A DNA stretch of 64,000 bases from Eledone cirrhosa (taxonomy: Eukaryota), in NCBI GenBank assembly GCA_964016885.1, contig OZ024743.1, positions 307,334,001 to 307,398,000 of the forward strand, read 5' to 3'. The translations under genes and the position numbers were made by a program. Shown here one piece after another: positions 37,121 to 50,880 of this stretch. The notes under the pieces were generated by a model, which was not told where the DNA came from, did not search any database, and saw only the letters and a list, made by a program, of their open reading frames with translations. Within the stretch, counting starts at the first letter, position 1; every line of letters starts with the position of its first letter.

Positions 37121-40100
37121 TCTATATATTAATTTCAACAACGTCATTATTCCGTGTGTCATAATTCTCGATTATCATAGGTTTCAAACGACTCCGCTCA
37201 CCTCAACGACGCCAAACTGAAATTAATATGCATAATGCCAACAAGGGAGTGAGAGGGGAGAGTGTGAACGCTGTGTTTGATACACTATGTTGTGTGCGTG
37301 TGTATGTACGTGCGTGTATGTTTATGTGTGTGCATACGTGCAGCGTTCCACAGAAAGTAAAAACTATCAACATGTGTGAGTGTGTGCAAGTTTGCGTGTG
37401 TGTGTGTGTTTCCATGCGCGTGTGTGTGTGTGGCATTCCACAATCACCACGCAGTTTATCTGTCTGTGTGCCTGTCTGTCAGTCTAACATATACAGAGTT
37501 GTGAAGGGAGTAAATAGGGACCTTTTTTTACATTGACGGACACCTTTTATATTTATTATTGTGTCATTTGTTGACAATTGCTCGAAATGAATACTGATAA
37601 TAAAAGCAATTTGACTTTATCAAAGAGTGAACTACAGCGGCGACGGCGTGCAGCCAGCAATGAAGAAAAACAGGCCGAACAGCGCCATCGAAACGTCGAA
37701 CTTCAGAGGCGAAGACGTGCCGCCATGAATGAAGAGAAGCTGGCTGAACAACGCCAACGAAACACTGGAGCCAAGCAGCGACGGTGTGCTGTGATGGTTG
37801 AAGACGAACTGGCTGAGCATCATCAGCAGATGGCCAGAATTCAGCAACAACAGCATGCTGCGATGGATGAAGAGGAGCTGGCTGAACAGCACCAGCGCAA
37901 TACAGAAGTTCAGAGAATGTGTCGCAAAAGTGCTCCTCATTCCAGTAAAGAGGCTACAAGGCGAACGATGGATATTAAAAATGGATCATGGCAACCGTGT
38001 CATTTTCATATTGGTGGACGAGAAGAGTGTCCACATTGAGGAGCATTGCTTTGGAGTCACGAAAAGACGTGGATCACAATGTGCTGTCATCAAGGAGCAG
38101 TTCAACTAGAACCCTTGCGAATACCGGATGGTGAGGAGTCACCGGAGTTTAAAATACTAAGTATGTGGGTGATCAAGGAGACCGAGGTAGATTACTGCGC
38201 AAATATTCGCGGCAAATTAATAATTCATTAGCTTTAGCATCGCAGAGAGTTAGTGAAATGTTTGAGAGTGGAGCATGGCAACCGAATGTAGTCATTCAAG
38301 GCCGTTTGTATCATTGTATCGGTAATTTAGAAGTTACCCCAGGAGAGAGGCCTCGATTCGCTCAAATTTACGTTAACGATCCAGATTATAGTGTATCGGA
38401 GGAGGATATCAGGATCGGTTGGATGAAGTTGCCGGGAAATATAACTGAACTTGAACGGCAAAGGTTAAGTGATTTGATCCGTGATTTGCAATTATGGCTT
38501 CGACAGTGTAATCCTTATGTTATGGATTTCATGTTGGTGGCTAAACTGCAAAATGTTCAGCAGCAAACATTGGTGATTAAGGCTGACGCAGTACCAAGGG
38601 ATCAACACGAACGGCGATATAATGTCCCTAAAGGATTTTGTGAAGTTGCTGTGTTGATGGACGATAAGCCTGGATCGAGAGATATCATCCTCAATCACAG
38701 AGATGGTGGTCTCAAGACTATCAATGAGTCAAATAGCGCATACGATCCATTGCATTATGTTATTTTATTCCCAAAAGATGAAAATGGATGGAACATGTCT
38801 GTTCATTTAGATGATCAAGAGAATCAGCATCAACAGGGAGGCGGCAATAGACACAATAATTCGATTCGCGATTTTTACGCGTTCCGTTTGAATCAACAGA
38901 GAAATGCGCTATTTCAAGCCAGCAGATTGTTCCAGGAATACTGTTGTATGGCATTCGCAAAGATCAAAAATCAAAGGCTAAATTATATAGCTACACATCA
39001 GCAACATATCAGAGCTGAATTGTATAATAATATACAGGATGCGATAACAGCCAATGATGCCAATTACAAGCAAATTGGTCGACGCATCATTTTGCCATCG
39101 TCGTTCATCAGCGGCCCGAGATATATGAACATTCGCTATCAGGATGCAATGGCTATTGTCAGAAAGTTTGGAAAGCCAGATTTGTTTATAACGATTACAT
39201 GCAACCCTGAATGGACTGATATTAAGGATGCACTTTTGCCAGGACAACAGCCAAAGGACTGTCCTGATATTGTGGCAAGAGTATTCAAAGGATATCTGAA
39301 AAAGATAATGGATGATGTGGAAAAAGAGGGAATCTTTGGAGCTATAGTTGCTTTTACATACATAATTGAATTCCAAAAAAGAGGATTGACACATGCACAT
39401 TTGCTGATCATTTTACATAGAGATTGCAAATTGAGATGTGCTGAGGATGTCGACAGCATTGTGTATGCTGAACTGCTGGAGAATGAGGCACTACGCAACT
39501 TGGTGGCAAAGTCAATGGTGCACAACCAATGCGGAGTGGCAAATCGGAAAGCGCCTTGCATGAAAAATGGCCAATGTAGTAAGCACTTTCCGAAATCTTT
39601 TGTCACAAACACTTCCTGGAACGATGGGGATGCTCATCCCTCATACAGAAGACGGTCGTCTGCCGATGGCGGTTTGGTCGAAAATGTAAATGGTCGACAG
39701 GTTACAAATCAATTGGTTGTGCCATACAATCCATATTTGATTATGAAATATCGTTGTAATATTAATGTGGAAATTTGTAGCTCAGTGAAAGCTTGCAAAT
39801 ATCTATTCAAATATGTTTACAAAGGTCATGATCAGGCAATGATCAATGTCAGGAATGAGGAAGCGAACAAAGGAGATGAAGTTGGCAGGTTCCTGGATGT
39901 TCGCTCGATTGGATCTATGGAAGCTTGCTGGAGATTGTTTGATTTTGATCTCAATGAATGCAAACCCAGCGTTCAGAAACTGACGGTTCACTTAGAGAAT
40001 AGGCAAATGGTCTGTTTTCAGGACACTAGAAGAGGTGTCGAAAGAATTGCTAACGCACCACCTCCTCAGACAGAATTGACTGAGTGGTTCAAGCATAATA

Positions 40101-43100
40101 GGGAACATGCTTTGAACCCGGATCAAAGGCACTCTACTGCGATTTCCCTTCGCACTATACGTGGGATAAGAAGGGAAAGAAATGGAATGATAGAAAATAA
40201 AAGTTGAGATTCATGACTATTGGACGGGTTTGTAATGTCCATCCCGCATCTGGTGATGTGTTTTATCTCCGAATTCTGTTGCATAATGATTTTTCGAGAG
40301 GTAAACAGAGATTCGCTGATTTGAAAACAATCAATGGCATGGAATATGAAACATACCAGGCTGTGTGTCAGCATCTGGGACTCCTTCAGGATGACGCTGA
40401 ATGGAATAACGCCATGAAAGCTGCAGGAACAACACTGATGCCAGCTCAAATAAGGCAGTTATTTGTCACGATTCTAGGATTCTGCAATCCTGCCGATCTA
40501 AGAGAGTTATTTGAACGCCATTGAGGAATTATGGCTGATGATTTTAGGCATCATCTTCAGGTTGATGATCAAAATTTGATGAAAGCTATTGTTTTGATCA
40601 ATATTGAGCAACTGCTTGAAGTTCATTTCAAATGTTTAATAACAGATTTCCTTTTGCCAATTCCTGATGAAGAAATACGACATGTCTTAGCATTGAACAT
40701 GAGATTGCAGCTTAGACGGTTGCCACTCGATCGGAGGGAACTATTCCAGTTTGATCCACTGGAACAGCAACGTATTGTGGATGAACGTATGCCAATGTTG
40801 ACCCAATCTCAGAGAGAATTGGTCGATGGCGTTCTCCATTTGATTTCCACTAATGCGCACCTTTGTGCTTTCATAGATGCTCCAGGAGGCACCGGAAAGA
40901 CATTCTGTTTCAATACTATGTTATCGGCAGTCAGAGCTCAGAGGAAGATTGCTCTCCCTGTGGCCATCAGTGGGATCGCTGTCACTTTGCTGAGTGGTGG
41001 AAGGACCTTCCACCCATGCTTCAAGGCTCCGTTGGCTCCGGATGAGTTGAGTGTCTGTAACATTACAGGACAAAGTGAACTCGCGGGCCTTATACGCAAT
41101 ACGTCTCTGATTATTTGGGACGAGGCTCCAATGGCACACAGATATTTGCTGGAGGCATTGGACAGAACTTTGAGAGATATCTGCGGTAGTGACCTGCCAT
41201 TCGGTGGTAAGACTATCGTTCTTGGTGACGATTTCAGACAGGTGCTACCAATTGTTAGGAATGCTCAAAGAGCGCAAATTGTCGATGCATGTCTGAAAAA
41301 GTCCCCGTTCTGACGCCATTTCAGAGTTTTGCGATTATACGATAATATGCGACTTCGTATGTTCGGGCAAAACGAAGAGGCTGAGACATACGGCCTATGG
41401 TTGATGTAGTTGGGAAACAATGAATTGCCACACGTTGGTGATAATCAGACTAAGAATCCTAGACCATTTGGTCATGCCACTGGACCGCCAAGCATTGATT
41501 GACTGGGTGTTCCCTAATTTGAATGCTTTTTGGCAGAATATCTCCTGGATATCGGAAAGCGTTATTCTAACTCATACGAATGCAACGGTCGATGAAATAA
41601 ATTCACAAGTAGCCGGAATGTTTCCTAGAGAGGAATGGTTGACTGTCAGTATGGATGCAATGGAGCCTAATCAGCAGAACAATATGGATGTTCCGACTGA
41701 GTATCTGAATTCACTTCAAATACCCGGATTCCCCCCACATATTTTGAGGTTGAAAAAGGGTATGCTGATTATATTACTTAGAAATATCAATCATAAAATG
41801 GGTCTTTGCAATGGTACCAGATTGATTGTTGAGAGATTGATTAACGGAAGAGTTTTAGAAGCTAAACTCCCAGGCAGAGAGGAATTGGTTCTCATTCCGA
41901 GGATCATGCTGAGACCAAGTGAAGATCTGCTGCCATTCATTTGGCCAAGGAGACAGTTTCCCATCAATTTGGCCTTCTCCATGACTGTCAACAAGTGGTA
42001 TCTACTTGAATGATCCAGCATTCAGCCATGGACAACTGTATGTTACTGCATCTCGAGTGTGCGATCCTGATGGTATAAAATTTGCAATTGATACCACTAA
42101 CAGAGGAATAACCCTGAATATTGTCTATAATGAAGCTTTGAGCTGATGTATGCATATCTTTAATGCTATCAATAAGCGATGTAAATGATTCGGACATTGG
42201 TGTCCTTTGATCAGTATTGTGAGCTTTGACAGAGTTATCATTTGTGTTCAATGTCATTTAATGTCGTTATGAGAAATAAAAACAAACAAGTATTGGTAAA
42301 AATTGCTTTCACTGCTATGTTGCGCAATAAATACCAACAAGTATTGGTAGAAATTGCCTTCACTGCTCTGAATATTCGACGTAAATGATTCAGACATTGG
42401 TGTCCTTTGATCAGTATTGTGAACTTTGACAGAGTTATCATTTCTGTTCAATGTCATTTATTGTCGATAATGAGCAATAAAAACCAACAAGTATTGGTAG
42501 AAATTGCCTTCAAATTTATCGCTTCTGATTGCGGTGGTAATAAAACCTCATCATATGCTGAGTCTGGCAAAAAGGTTGGATCCTATGGCTGGCCAAGGCT
42601 AGAGTAATATTGAACAACGATTCTATTTTCGAAGTAGAAGGATCTGCCATTTGGAGTTCAAACCAGGCCACCTCCCCGAGTTGAACTCTGGGCAACATTA
42701 ACTGTCTATTACTCAGTGGCTAAGACCTGGAAATTACTGAATAAATTTTTGTGTCATATAATTTGTTGTTTTATTATTATAGCTGACCACTTATAGATAA
42801 GCATGTTATCCATATCCATATTAATTTGGCATTTGTATAAACCATTTCAAGTAAATAGGGACCTTTTTTACATTGACGGACATCTTTTATATTAATTATC
42901 TATATCTACATATAATATAAAAGATTGGAACTTCCATCATCCTTTTGAGAAACGTAGAACAACCACGTCTATGCAATGATACATGTTTTACAGTCAGGCA
43001 GAAGATGAACCATCTCCTAGAGGTCACTATTCTAGGTGGGAGCACCTAGAATTGTTCATATTCTATGCACAAACGGTACAATGAAGAATCTGGTATATCT

Positions 43101-43251
43101 GGAAGATTTTTTTTACTGTTTTTTGTATCACACAGACACCACGGACTCGCCTCATACGGTAACCAGACAAACATCCAATACAGTCATTTTCTCTTTTACC
43201 TGTCTTCTCTTATCATCTGTTTACCCGGGCGAAGCTGGGTACGTTAGCTAG
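37121..43251 (+). mobile_element. Helitron, near full length, with disrupted RepHel
   Basis: A|TCTATATA 5' end; 3' hairpin cccgggcgaagctggg plus CTAG|T; splits a Tx1 3' UTR; encodes Rep and PIF1 helicase. Confidence 0.9.
37578..42141 (+). pseudogene. Helitron RepHel (HUH Rep plus PIF1-like helicase), frameshifted
   Basis: N-terminal 22-aa charged repeats; PDLFITITCNPEW, IEFQKRGLTHAHLL, KYLFKYVYKG; DAPGGTGKT, IIWDEAPM, DDFRQVLP, GLCNGTRL, RRQFPINLAFSMTVNK. Confidence 0.92.
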
Positions 43252-43930
43252 TTATAAATTAAAGGAAGAAAAAAACGAAATCCACAATAGGGGGAACGTT
43301 ACAATTGGGTTGTTTTACACCCCGTAGATAGAACAACCCTCAACACCAGGAGCATGTTTTGTAAGTTCCCCCGTCTTCCCTCTTTTGTTTACTTCAACCT
43401 ACAGGTTTATATACACAGTAGACCCATTCACTCGGCCATTTTTGCCACATTCACCCATCTTTCAGGAAATTTACTGGTGTGCAGCACCTCTCCCTCAACT
43501 CTCATTTTCCTTCTGAAGTAGTATTTAAAGAAGGGATGAGTTGTTGTCTGGAGAGGAAGGTGTTCGCCCTCAGCCCTTTCAATCTAGTCCACCATATCAC
43601 TTCTTTTGCCATAACTACCAGACAGAGGAAAACTGCGTCTCCTTCAATGTTAAATGAGGGCGGCAGGATAATCCTCAGGATTCGACTCGGCTGACAGCCA
43701 GATTCGTCCCATACATGACAGCAGCTGTTTGACATAAATCCACAGGTCAATAACACCTGGGCACTGAACAATTGCGTGCAGAACCGTTTCGGTATTCTGC
43801 TCAGATCTTGGACAGGTCTTTCTGGCAGGATCTCTGCCAGGGCGTCCGTGCCTGTAGATTTTATTGCGAACTAGTAGAGCTTCTCGGTAGTACTGCGAGG
43901 CCAGAGACGTCTGGAAGTTATCCAGCGAGA
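43252..43930 (-). mobile_element. Tx1/L1-clade LINE 3' fragment; its terminus lies at about 37020-37120, on the other side of the Helitron
   Basis: PPSFNIEGDAVFLCLVVMAKEVIWWTRLKGL is homologous to ORF 60876-61514; 3' UTR resembles 60660-60880. Confidence 0.85.
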
Positions 43931-44055
43931 GATTTTATTAAAAAAATGTGAGTTCTGTTTGTTGTTGGTTTTAATTAATCTTGTGTCCAGATATACCTTA
44001 GCTATATAATTATAATTAAATATTACCTCCAACATTTTTATAATCGTAATTATAA

Positions 44056-47000
44056 TGTTATGAAGTTCATCTATCCTCAATATAACTTTGTTTTATTGCA
44101 TATCTTTCTTTTCTTACAAATATTATTGTTATATTTCTTCAAGACTAATTACTGTTTTTATATTCTAGATATTGAATAAAAGCTTGGAATTGGAGCTTTA
44201 GTTTTGCAATATTAGAACGCACAACAATTTAATTCAATATGATATTTGTTACAACTGTTTCGTTCCGAGACTAGACGTTTTGTGGTATTCGTTTCCGCCC
44301 TTACTCTACCTTCAAAGCTTGCTACATTCTCAATACCAATGGCTCAATTAAAAATTCCACATCCAACATTCCCAAATGACCCCACATCCGAGCAATGGTG
44401 ATGGTGGCGGAAGTGTTTTGTGGATTCCCTACTCATAAACGGCATAGTAGAGGACAGCCATAAATTGACCTACCTCCGTTCACAAGCTGGGACCGACCTA
44501 TTTAGTTTACTCGAATCTGCAGAAAACTTCAACAAAGCACTAATCACCCTGGATACTCAATTCTTAGCCCCCAGTCGTATACTCTATGCTAGACATCAAC
44601 TCCTAACATGCCGCCAAAAGCAAGAAGAAACCGTCCGAGAGTTTATTAAAAGACTCAACCTTTTAGTGGAAAAATGTAACTGTAAAGCCATCACAGCTAA
44701 AGACCACAGAGATATGTTGATCCTGGATTCACTAGTAGCAGGAGTCCAATCAGACGCTATACGAGCACGTCTCTTAGAGCTGGACGATACTCAAGCAAAC
44801 CTAAAAGACTGCATAGCAATGGCAAATGCAATAGAACTATCCAGTGATTTTACTAAATCATTCAACCTAGACGTCTCTCTGAATTCATCAACACTGTCAA
44901 CTACATCCTCTCAAGAACCTACCGTAGCAGCTACAAAATCAAAATAATCTCTTCTGAAATACTTGAAAAATGCTAATTCCCAAAGTGAATTTAAATGCTT
45001 TTTTTGTGGACTTTCTAGGCATCCTAGAAATAAATGCCCAGCTAGAAAAGACATATGCTATTCTTGTGGGAAGATCGGCCACTGGCAATCAGTCTGTACA
45101 TCTGACTACCAAAGCAGTAAGCAAGCAGCCTCACTTATATGTTCATTAAATACTGGCAAACAGTCTAAAGCTATTCTCTGCCCGATAACTATAAAAGACA
45201 CCACACTAAAGGCCTTAATCGATCCTGGTTCCACAGATTCGTTTATACGTCCTAGCATAGCAACTGAATTAAACTTGAGCGTAAAACAAGAAAAACGGGC
45301 AATCACACTAGCCGACAATAAAATATTAATGACGACTGGTACTACATCCATACCGATATGTATCTACAGCGAGGAATACTCTGTGAACCTAATCACTGCA
45401 AAAAGTCTTGTCGCAGACGTCATTATCGGAATGGATGTCCTCACCCAGCATAGCTCTATTATTCTCCACCTTGGCGGTGCCCGGCCTCCCATGAAATTTT
45501 CAAATCAACTATGTTGTACCTTTCCGACAATAGAAGTTAATCCGCCTCTTGTCTTCCACGATTTAGCCAAGACAAATATCAAGCCGATTGCCACTAAGGG
45601 ACGTTTCATTAACAAGAGAGACGACAATTTTATTAAGTCCGAAATAACTCGCCTCCTAGAAGCCGGTATCATTGAGGAATCAATTTCACCTTGGCGAGCT
45701 CAGTGCTTCATAGTACACGGAAAGAAACCTCGACTCGTGGTAGACTACTCCCAGACAATTAATAAGTATACACAATTGGATGCCTATCCATCCCCCGACA
45801 TTGAGGATGTTGTTAACAAAGTGGCACAGGATAAATATTTTTCAGAATTCGACCTCAAATCAGCGTATCACCAAGTACCTTTAAGAAAAATCGACAAACC
45901 TCTAACGGCAGTTCAGGCTAATCACAAACTCTACCAATTCTGCCGCTTACCCTTCGGCGTGACTAACGCTGTACCTGTTTTTCAGAGAATTATGGATCAA
46001 GTTATAGAGAAATATAACTTACTCAAAACCTATGCCTATATTGACAACGTCATAGTCACAGGAAATACCAAAGCTGAACATGATAGAAATGTGGAAGCAT
46101 TCTTAAACGCTGTGAAGACAGAAAACCTAACTCTTAACTCGGATAAGAGTAAAATCTGCCAAACGAGTATATCTATACTAGGTTATAACATTCAAAACGG
46201 AGTAAAGAAACCCGATAAGGAACGCATCAAAACCCTACTAGACTACCCAATCCCAACAAACAAACAACAACTGAAACGATTCCTTGGATTCCTAGCCTAT
46301 AATGCTAGGTGGATTGCCGATTACTCGAAGAAAATCCAACCACTATTACAAGCTGACTCGTTCCCGCTGAATAAAGTAGCTACAGATGTAATACAAGCCA
46401 TGAAAGCAGATATCTCTAATGCCGCTCTTAGCATTCCTCTTAAAACTGGCCATGCATTGGTAATAGAAACAGATGCGTCTGGCGATGCAATCGGAGCTAT
46501 ACTTTCTCAAAACGAACGGCCCGTGGCCTTCCTGTCGAGAACACTTACACCGTCCGAGAAAAGACAATCAACTGTGGAGCGAGAAGCTATGGCTATTATT
46601 GAAGCTGTACGGGGATGGTCGCAATACGTGAAGTGTTTTCATACGATTATACGGACTGACCAAAAATCAGTAGCCTTCATTTTCTCGAGTAATAAATCAC
46701 GAATCAAAAATGATAAAATATCTCGCTGGCGTTTAGAACTATCAGAGCATCAATTTGACATTGACTACAAACCCGGCTACCTCAAAATCCAAGTCGATTG
46801 TCTTTCAAGAATCGCTGCAGCTATATCGCCACCCTGTGATTTAAAAGTACTCCACGACCAACTAGCACACCCAGGAGTAACTAGATTTTACGATTATATC
46901 CGACGCCATAACCTGCCCTTTTCCGTAGACGAAATCCGTGATGTCGTCAAAAACTGTTTGGAGTGCATGTTTGGAGTGCAAGCCAAAATTCTTCAAGCCT

Positions 47001-48116
47001 CCATCTGCTAAACTCATTAAGTCAACAAGGCCGTTCGAACGTCTGTCAATCGATATCATTGGACCAAAACCTAAATCTTCAAAAGCAGGAAACATATACT
47101 TATTGACTGCAGTAGACGAATTCAGCAGATTCCCTTTTGCTTTCGGTATGCTGTCATTAACTGTCTCAAACAAATCTTCTCAATATTCGGAGCTCCCTCA
47201 TTCATACACTCCGATCGAGGAACTCAGTTTCTCTCCAAAGAATTTGATCATTTCTGCTTATCCAATGGTATATCCCACACGCGCACTTCGCTGTACCATC
47301 CACAAGGAAATGGCCAAAACGAGCGCTACAACGGAGTCCTCTGGAAAGGAATTCAATGCATAATTAACTCGCGCAAACTTAAAGAAACTAAGTGGGAAGA
47401 TATCATACCAGAACTTCTTGCCTCGCAATGATCACTTCTCTGTACAGCGACTAATGAGACACCCCATAACCGCATATTTAGATTCGATCGAAAGGGTTCC
47501 TTAGGATTTTCTCTACCAGATTGGCTTAGAGTTGGAAACGACGCCTATATTAGAAACTTTATTCGTACAAAGAATGACCCATTAGTGAATAAAGTTATTA
47601 TCGAACAGATGGTGAATGCTAATTTCGCGGTTGTCAGATATCAAAATGGAAGATCTAGTACAGTCTCAACAGCAGACCTCTCCCCTGGCCCAATTAATTG
47701 TCAAAATAATGACAATCAATCCATCCAAGAAAACAGTTCGATTAGCAGTCCTGCTGATATGCCGAGACCACTTAACATCGACCACAGTAACGATCTACTC
47801 TTAGATGAAACCGTGATTGATTTAAATCCCGTGGCAAATAGCACTAGCATCCTACCGCAAGCTCCTGTTGACCCCGTGAGACGAAGCAATCGTATACGCT
47901 TAGCCCCCAAGCGCTATATTGAAGAACAATAAAATCGACGAAGAATGTTATGAAGTTCATCTATCCTCAATATAACTTTGTTTTATTGCATATCTTTCTT
48001 TTCTTACAAATATTATTGTTATATTTCTTCAAGACTAATTACTGTTTTTATATTCTAGATATTGAATAAAAGCTTGGAATTGGAGCTTTAGTTTTGCAAT
48101 ATTAGAACGCACAACA
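44056..48116 (+). mobile_element. Gypsy LTR retrotransposon, 4061 bp, with 171-bp LTRs and ATAA TSD
   Basis: LTRs 44056-44226 and 47946-48116 (TG...CA, identical by eye); ATAA on both sides; domain order gag-PR-RT-RH-IN. Confidence 0.96.
44339..47932 (+). pseudogene. gag-pol polyprotein, disrupted
   Basis: Gag; CCHC CYSCGKIGHWQSVC; PR ALIDPGS; RT FDLKSAYHQV, LPFGV, YIDN; RH ETDASG; IN HPG..C..C, SIDIIGP, VDEFSRF. In-frame stops at 44399 and 44945, a 13-bp duplication frameshift near 46960, further indels in IN. Confidence 0.92.
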
Positions 48117-48149
48117 ATAACTAAACATCATTTATAACGGTGTAATACA

Positions 48150-48282
48150 TCAAAATGAAAATAAATCTGACCAATATAAAATGGCGTGAAGTATGTATAT
48201 ATATATATATATATACATACATCTATATACACATACATCTATATATATGTGCATATACACAACATAAACACATATATATAGT

Positions 48283-48337
<55 letters not shown>

Positions 48338-48610
48338 TACATACATATACACAATATACATACATAGTATATACACATATATATATATATATACATAATC
48401 ATCCTCATCATCATCATCATCTTCGTTTAACGTCCATCTTCCATGCTAGCATGGGTTACACACTTATACATAAATATATACACATATATACATAATATAT
48501 ACATATACATGTACTCATAAACATACCCATATATAGAATACAAAATAGACACATATATAACACACATATATACATAATTCCCATATATATATATATTTAT
48601 ATATATATTA
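48150..48610. repeat. (AT)n/(CATA)n-rich compound microsatellite with an RTE tail remnant (48405-48458, minus strand)
   Basis: Read directly; catcatcat..aacgtcc..ccatgctagcatgggtt. Confidence 0.85.
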
Positions 48611-48709
48611 ATCAATGAAAAAAGAGTTAGTTGATTTGTAATCAACTGACTCATATATAACAGATGCCAAGCTCTCAATGGTATATATTTATCCGGAGTA
48701 TTATTATAA

Positions 48710-48892
48710 TAATTGTTTCTACTTTTGGCACGAGGCCAGCAATTAACCAGTACATTACTGGTACTTTATTTTATCGACCCCCGTAAGGATGAAAGGCAAA
48801 GTTAACCTCAGCGGGATTTGAACTCAGATCGTAAAGGGACATAACTACGCTGGAAAGCATGTCTGACCCTCTACCAATACTGCCAATTCACA
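48710..48892 (-). mobile_element. Nin/Deu SINE
   Basis: Reverse complement of the 8052-8250 family. Confidence 0.87.
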
Positions 48893-48929
48893 ATAAACGA
48901 AAGATATATACTTTATATCATCTCTATTT

Positions 48930-49005
48930 ATTTCATTATATATATTTCGAAGATGCAAAGTTTTATGTATAGCATAAACAAGAACATGTCCTCTTCAGAC
49001 AAAAT
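48930..49005 (-). ncRNA. Minimal type-I hammerhead ribozyme motif (Penelope-like)
   Basis: Minus strand: auuuugu-CUGAAGA-ggacaug...caucuuc-GAAA-uauaua-UA-augaaau. Core intact including G10.1-C11.1; stem I of 7 bp with G-U pairs; palindromic stem III. Confidence 0.7.
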
Positions 49006-49349
49006 ACATATGAGATGTATAATATTTCATGCTATGCCGGTAGCCAAACGACCTGGATAAATCAGTGACCACCAAGCATATGACTAGAAAAAAACTCAAC
49101 ACTAGGAGGTTATATGGGACTGGGAGAATAATTAGTTGGTTTAAACATTTAATAAATTATTCAAAATATAGCGTAATTAGATTGGTCTAAAAGAAAAACA
49201 AAAATTTACCGTTATTCGGCCTATATGTTGCTTATAATCAATTAAAATACGTATTAAATACATATTAAGTCAATATGATTTGAAAAATATGAGTGGAAGA
49301 AAAATATAATAATAACATTATAAATAAAAAGAAATAGAAATATAATAAT

Positions 49350-50165
49350 TGTTTCATTTATTGGCCACAAGAGCTAACATGTAGGGGACAATACAAAGAC
49401 AAGGACAGTGGAGAGTTACAATAAGCTCGAGTAAAAGTGCACAATAGCAAAAACCAATTTAACAATGAGAAAATATAAAATAAACTATGTAGAAACATAA
49501 CAAAATAAAAATTCCCCAATAGGGGGGGAGGGGACCACCCGACGCTTCTAGGGCGCCCGAGGAGGGGACACCTCCCCCCCTCAAATTAATCGGCCTACAG
49601 TTGGACGGTTTCGTTGCTCTGCGCGCATCTCGGGCAGGTCCGCCTGACAGCAGTTCCGCATCTGTAGAGTTTATCTCAAACTGGCAGTGCCCCCCGATAG
49701 CACTGCCAAGCGAGGGATTTCTGGAAGTTATCCATCGTCCCCAGCTCGAAAGTTCTCCGGTGGACAATTCAACTTCGTCGATGCCCAGATCCTCTCCGAG
49801 TGCATCGTCACGCTTGCCCACCACTAATCCTCTATAGAACTCGAGAGTGGAAGTTCCACTGACCGTATTGCCCACCTAGTAGAGAGCAGTGAGTGCCTGG
49901 CAACATTCCAGATGCCAGTCACCCAGTCTCAGTCTCTTCTTGACCCAGGACTGCAGCTCAGTCAAAGAGACGAGCTGCAGAAAGGCCTGTCTGACAAACA
50001 CCTGTTCCCTGTTTAGGCAGAATATCTAGAGATGCCACAGCCTAAGCGCATCATTAACCATGGCATGCCCAGCCCTCCGCATAGAGGGTGCTGGCAGTAG
50101 ATGGACTGCCTCACCAACGGAACTTTTCCTCTCCACAAGAATTTGAAGAGGAGCCGTTCCAACTA
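49350..50165 (-). mobile_element. Internally deleted Tx1-clade LINE fragment
   Basis: STLEFYRGLVVGKRDDALGEDLGIDEVEL and SWVKKRL segments homologous to 61380-61770; AATAAA-bearing 3' end at about 49355. Confidence 0.78.
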
Positions 50166-50199
50166 GAAATAGAAATATAATAATACAGTGCTTACAGAA

Positions 50200-50748
50200 C
50201 AAAAATACAAATGAATATAATATAAAATATAAAGGTGGGCAACCGAGCAAAAGATAGCAGTATGGCAACCAGAGCAAAAGATAGCAGTATGGCAAGAAGC
50301 ACTGAGAAACCTCTCTAATGATTTTTGAGGCAAGCCAGCACACTCGCAACTTTACCTCGGATGATGGTGAGGCTGGTGTATTGGAACAACCAACCGCTCT
50401 CGTGAAATTCACCAGTTACCTCTGTTAGGCGAGCTGCCAGTGAAGATAGGAATCTTGCAGTCAGCAGCCCGACTCCCCTGAACGTCTCAAATGCCACAGG
50501 CTGGAACATGTAGTTGGCCGACAGATCACAGTATTTTAGGATTTTCCTGGATGTGGGAAGAAGCAAGAGTCACTAACTATGACGTCCCAAACAAGGCACC
50601 TGCTTCTCGACCAGGGGCACAGTGTAAGGCCGTCAGGTCTTTTAACATCACTCCTGGACAACCCAGATGGTTCCAAGATTGAGGGGATGTTCGCCTGGGC
50701 CAAAAATCTCTTGAGAATAAGGTTAAGCTCTGTGTGACACACGAAGCG
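50200..50748 (-). mobile_element. CRE-clade LINE 3' fragment (RLE)
   Basis: HTELNLILKRFL..LEPSGLSRSDVKRPDGLTLCPW..LVWDV; KYCDLSANYMFQPVAFETF..LFQ..IIRG. Confidence 0.8.
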
Positions 50749-50880
50749 AGAGTAAATATTTTAGCTTTCTTTAAAATATTTTCATTATTTAGAAATATTT
50801 TTAACTGATGATTTAAAAAAATATTTTTTGAGGTAATAGGAATTTTTTCTAAGGTGAATACGATTTTCTATTCTTAGATC

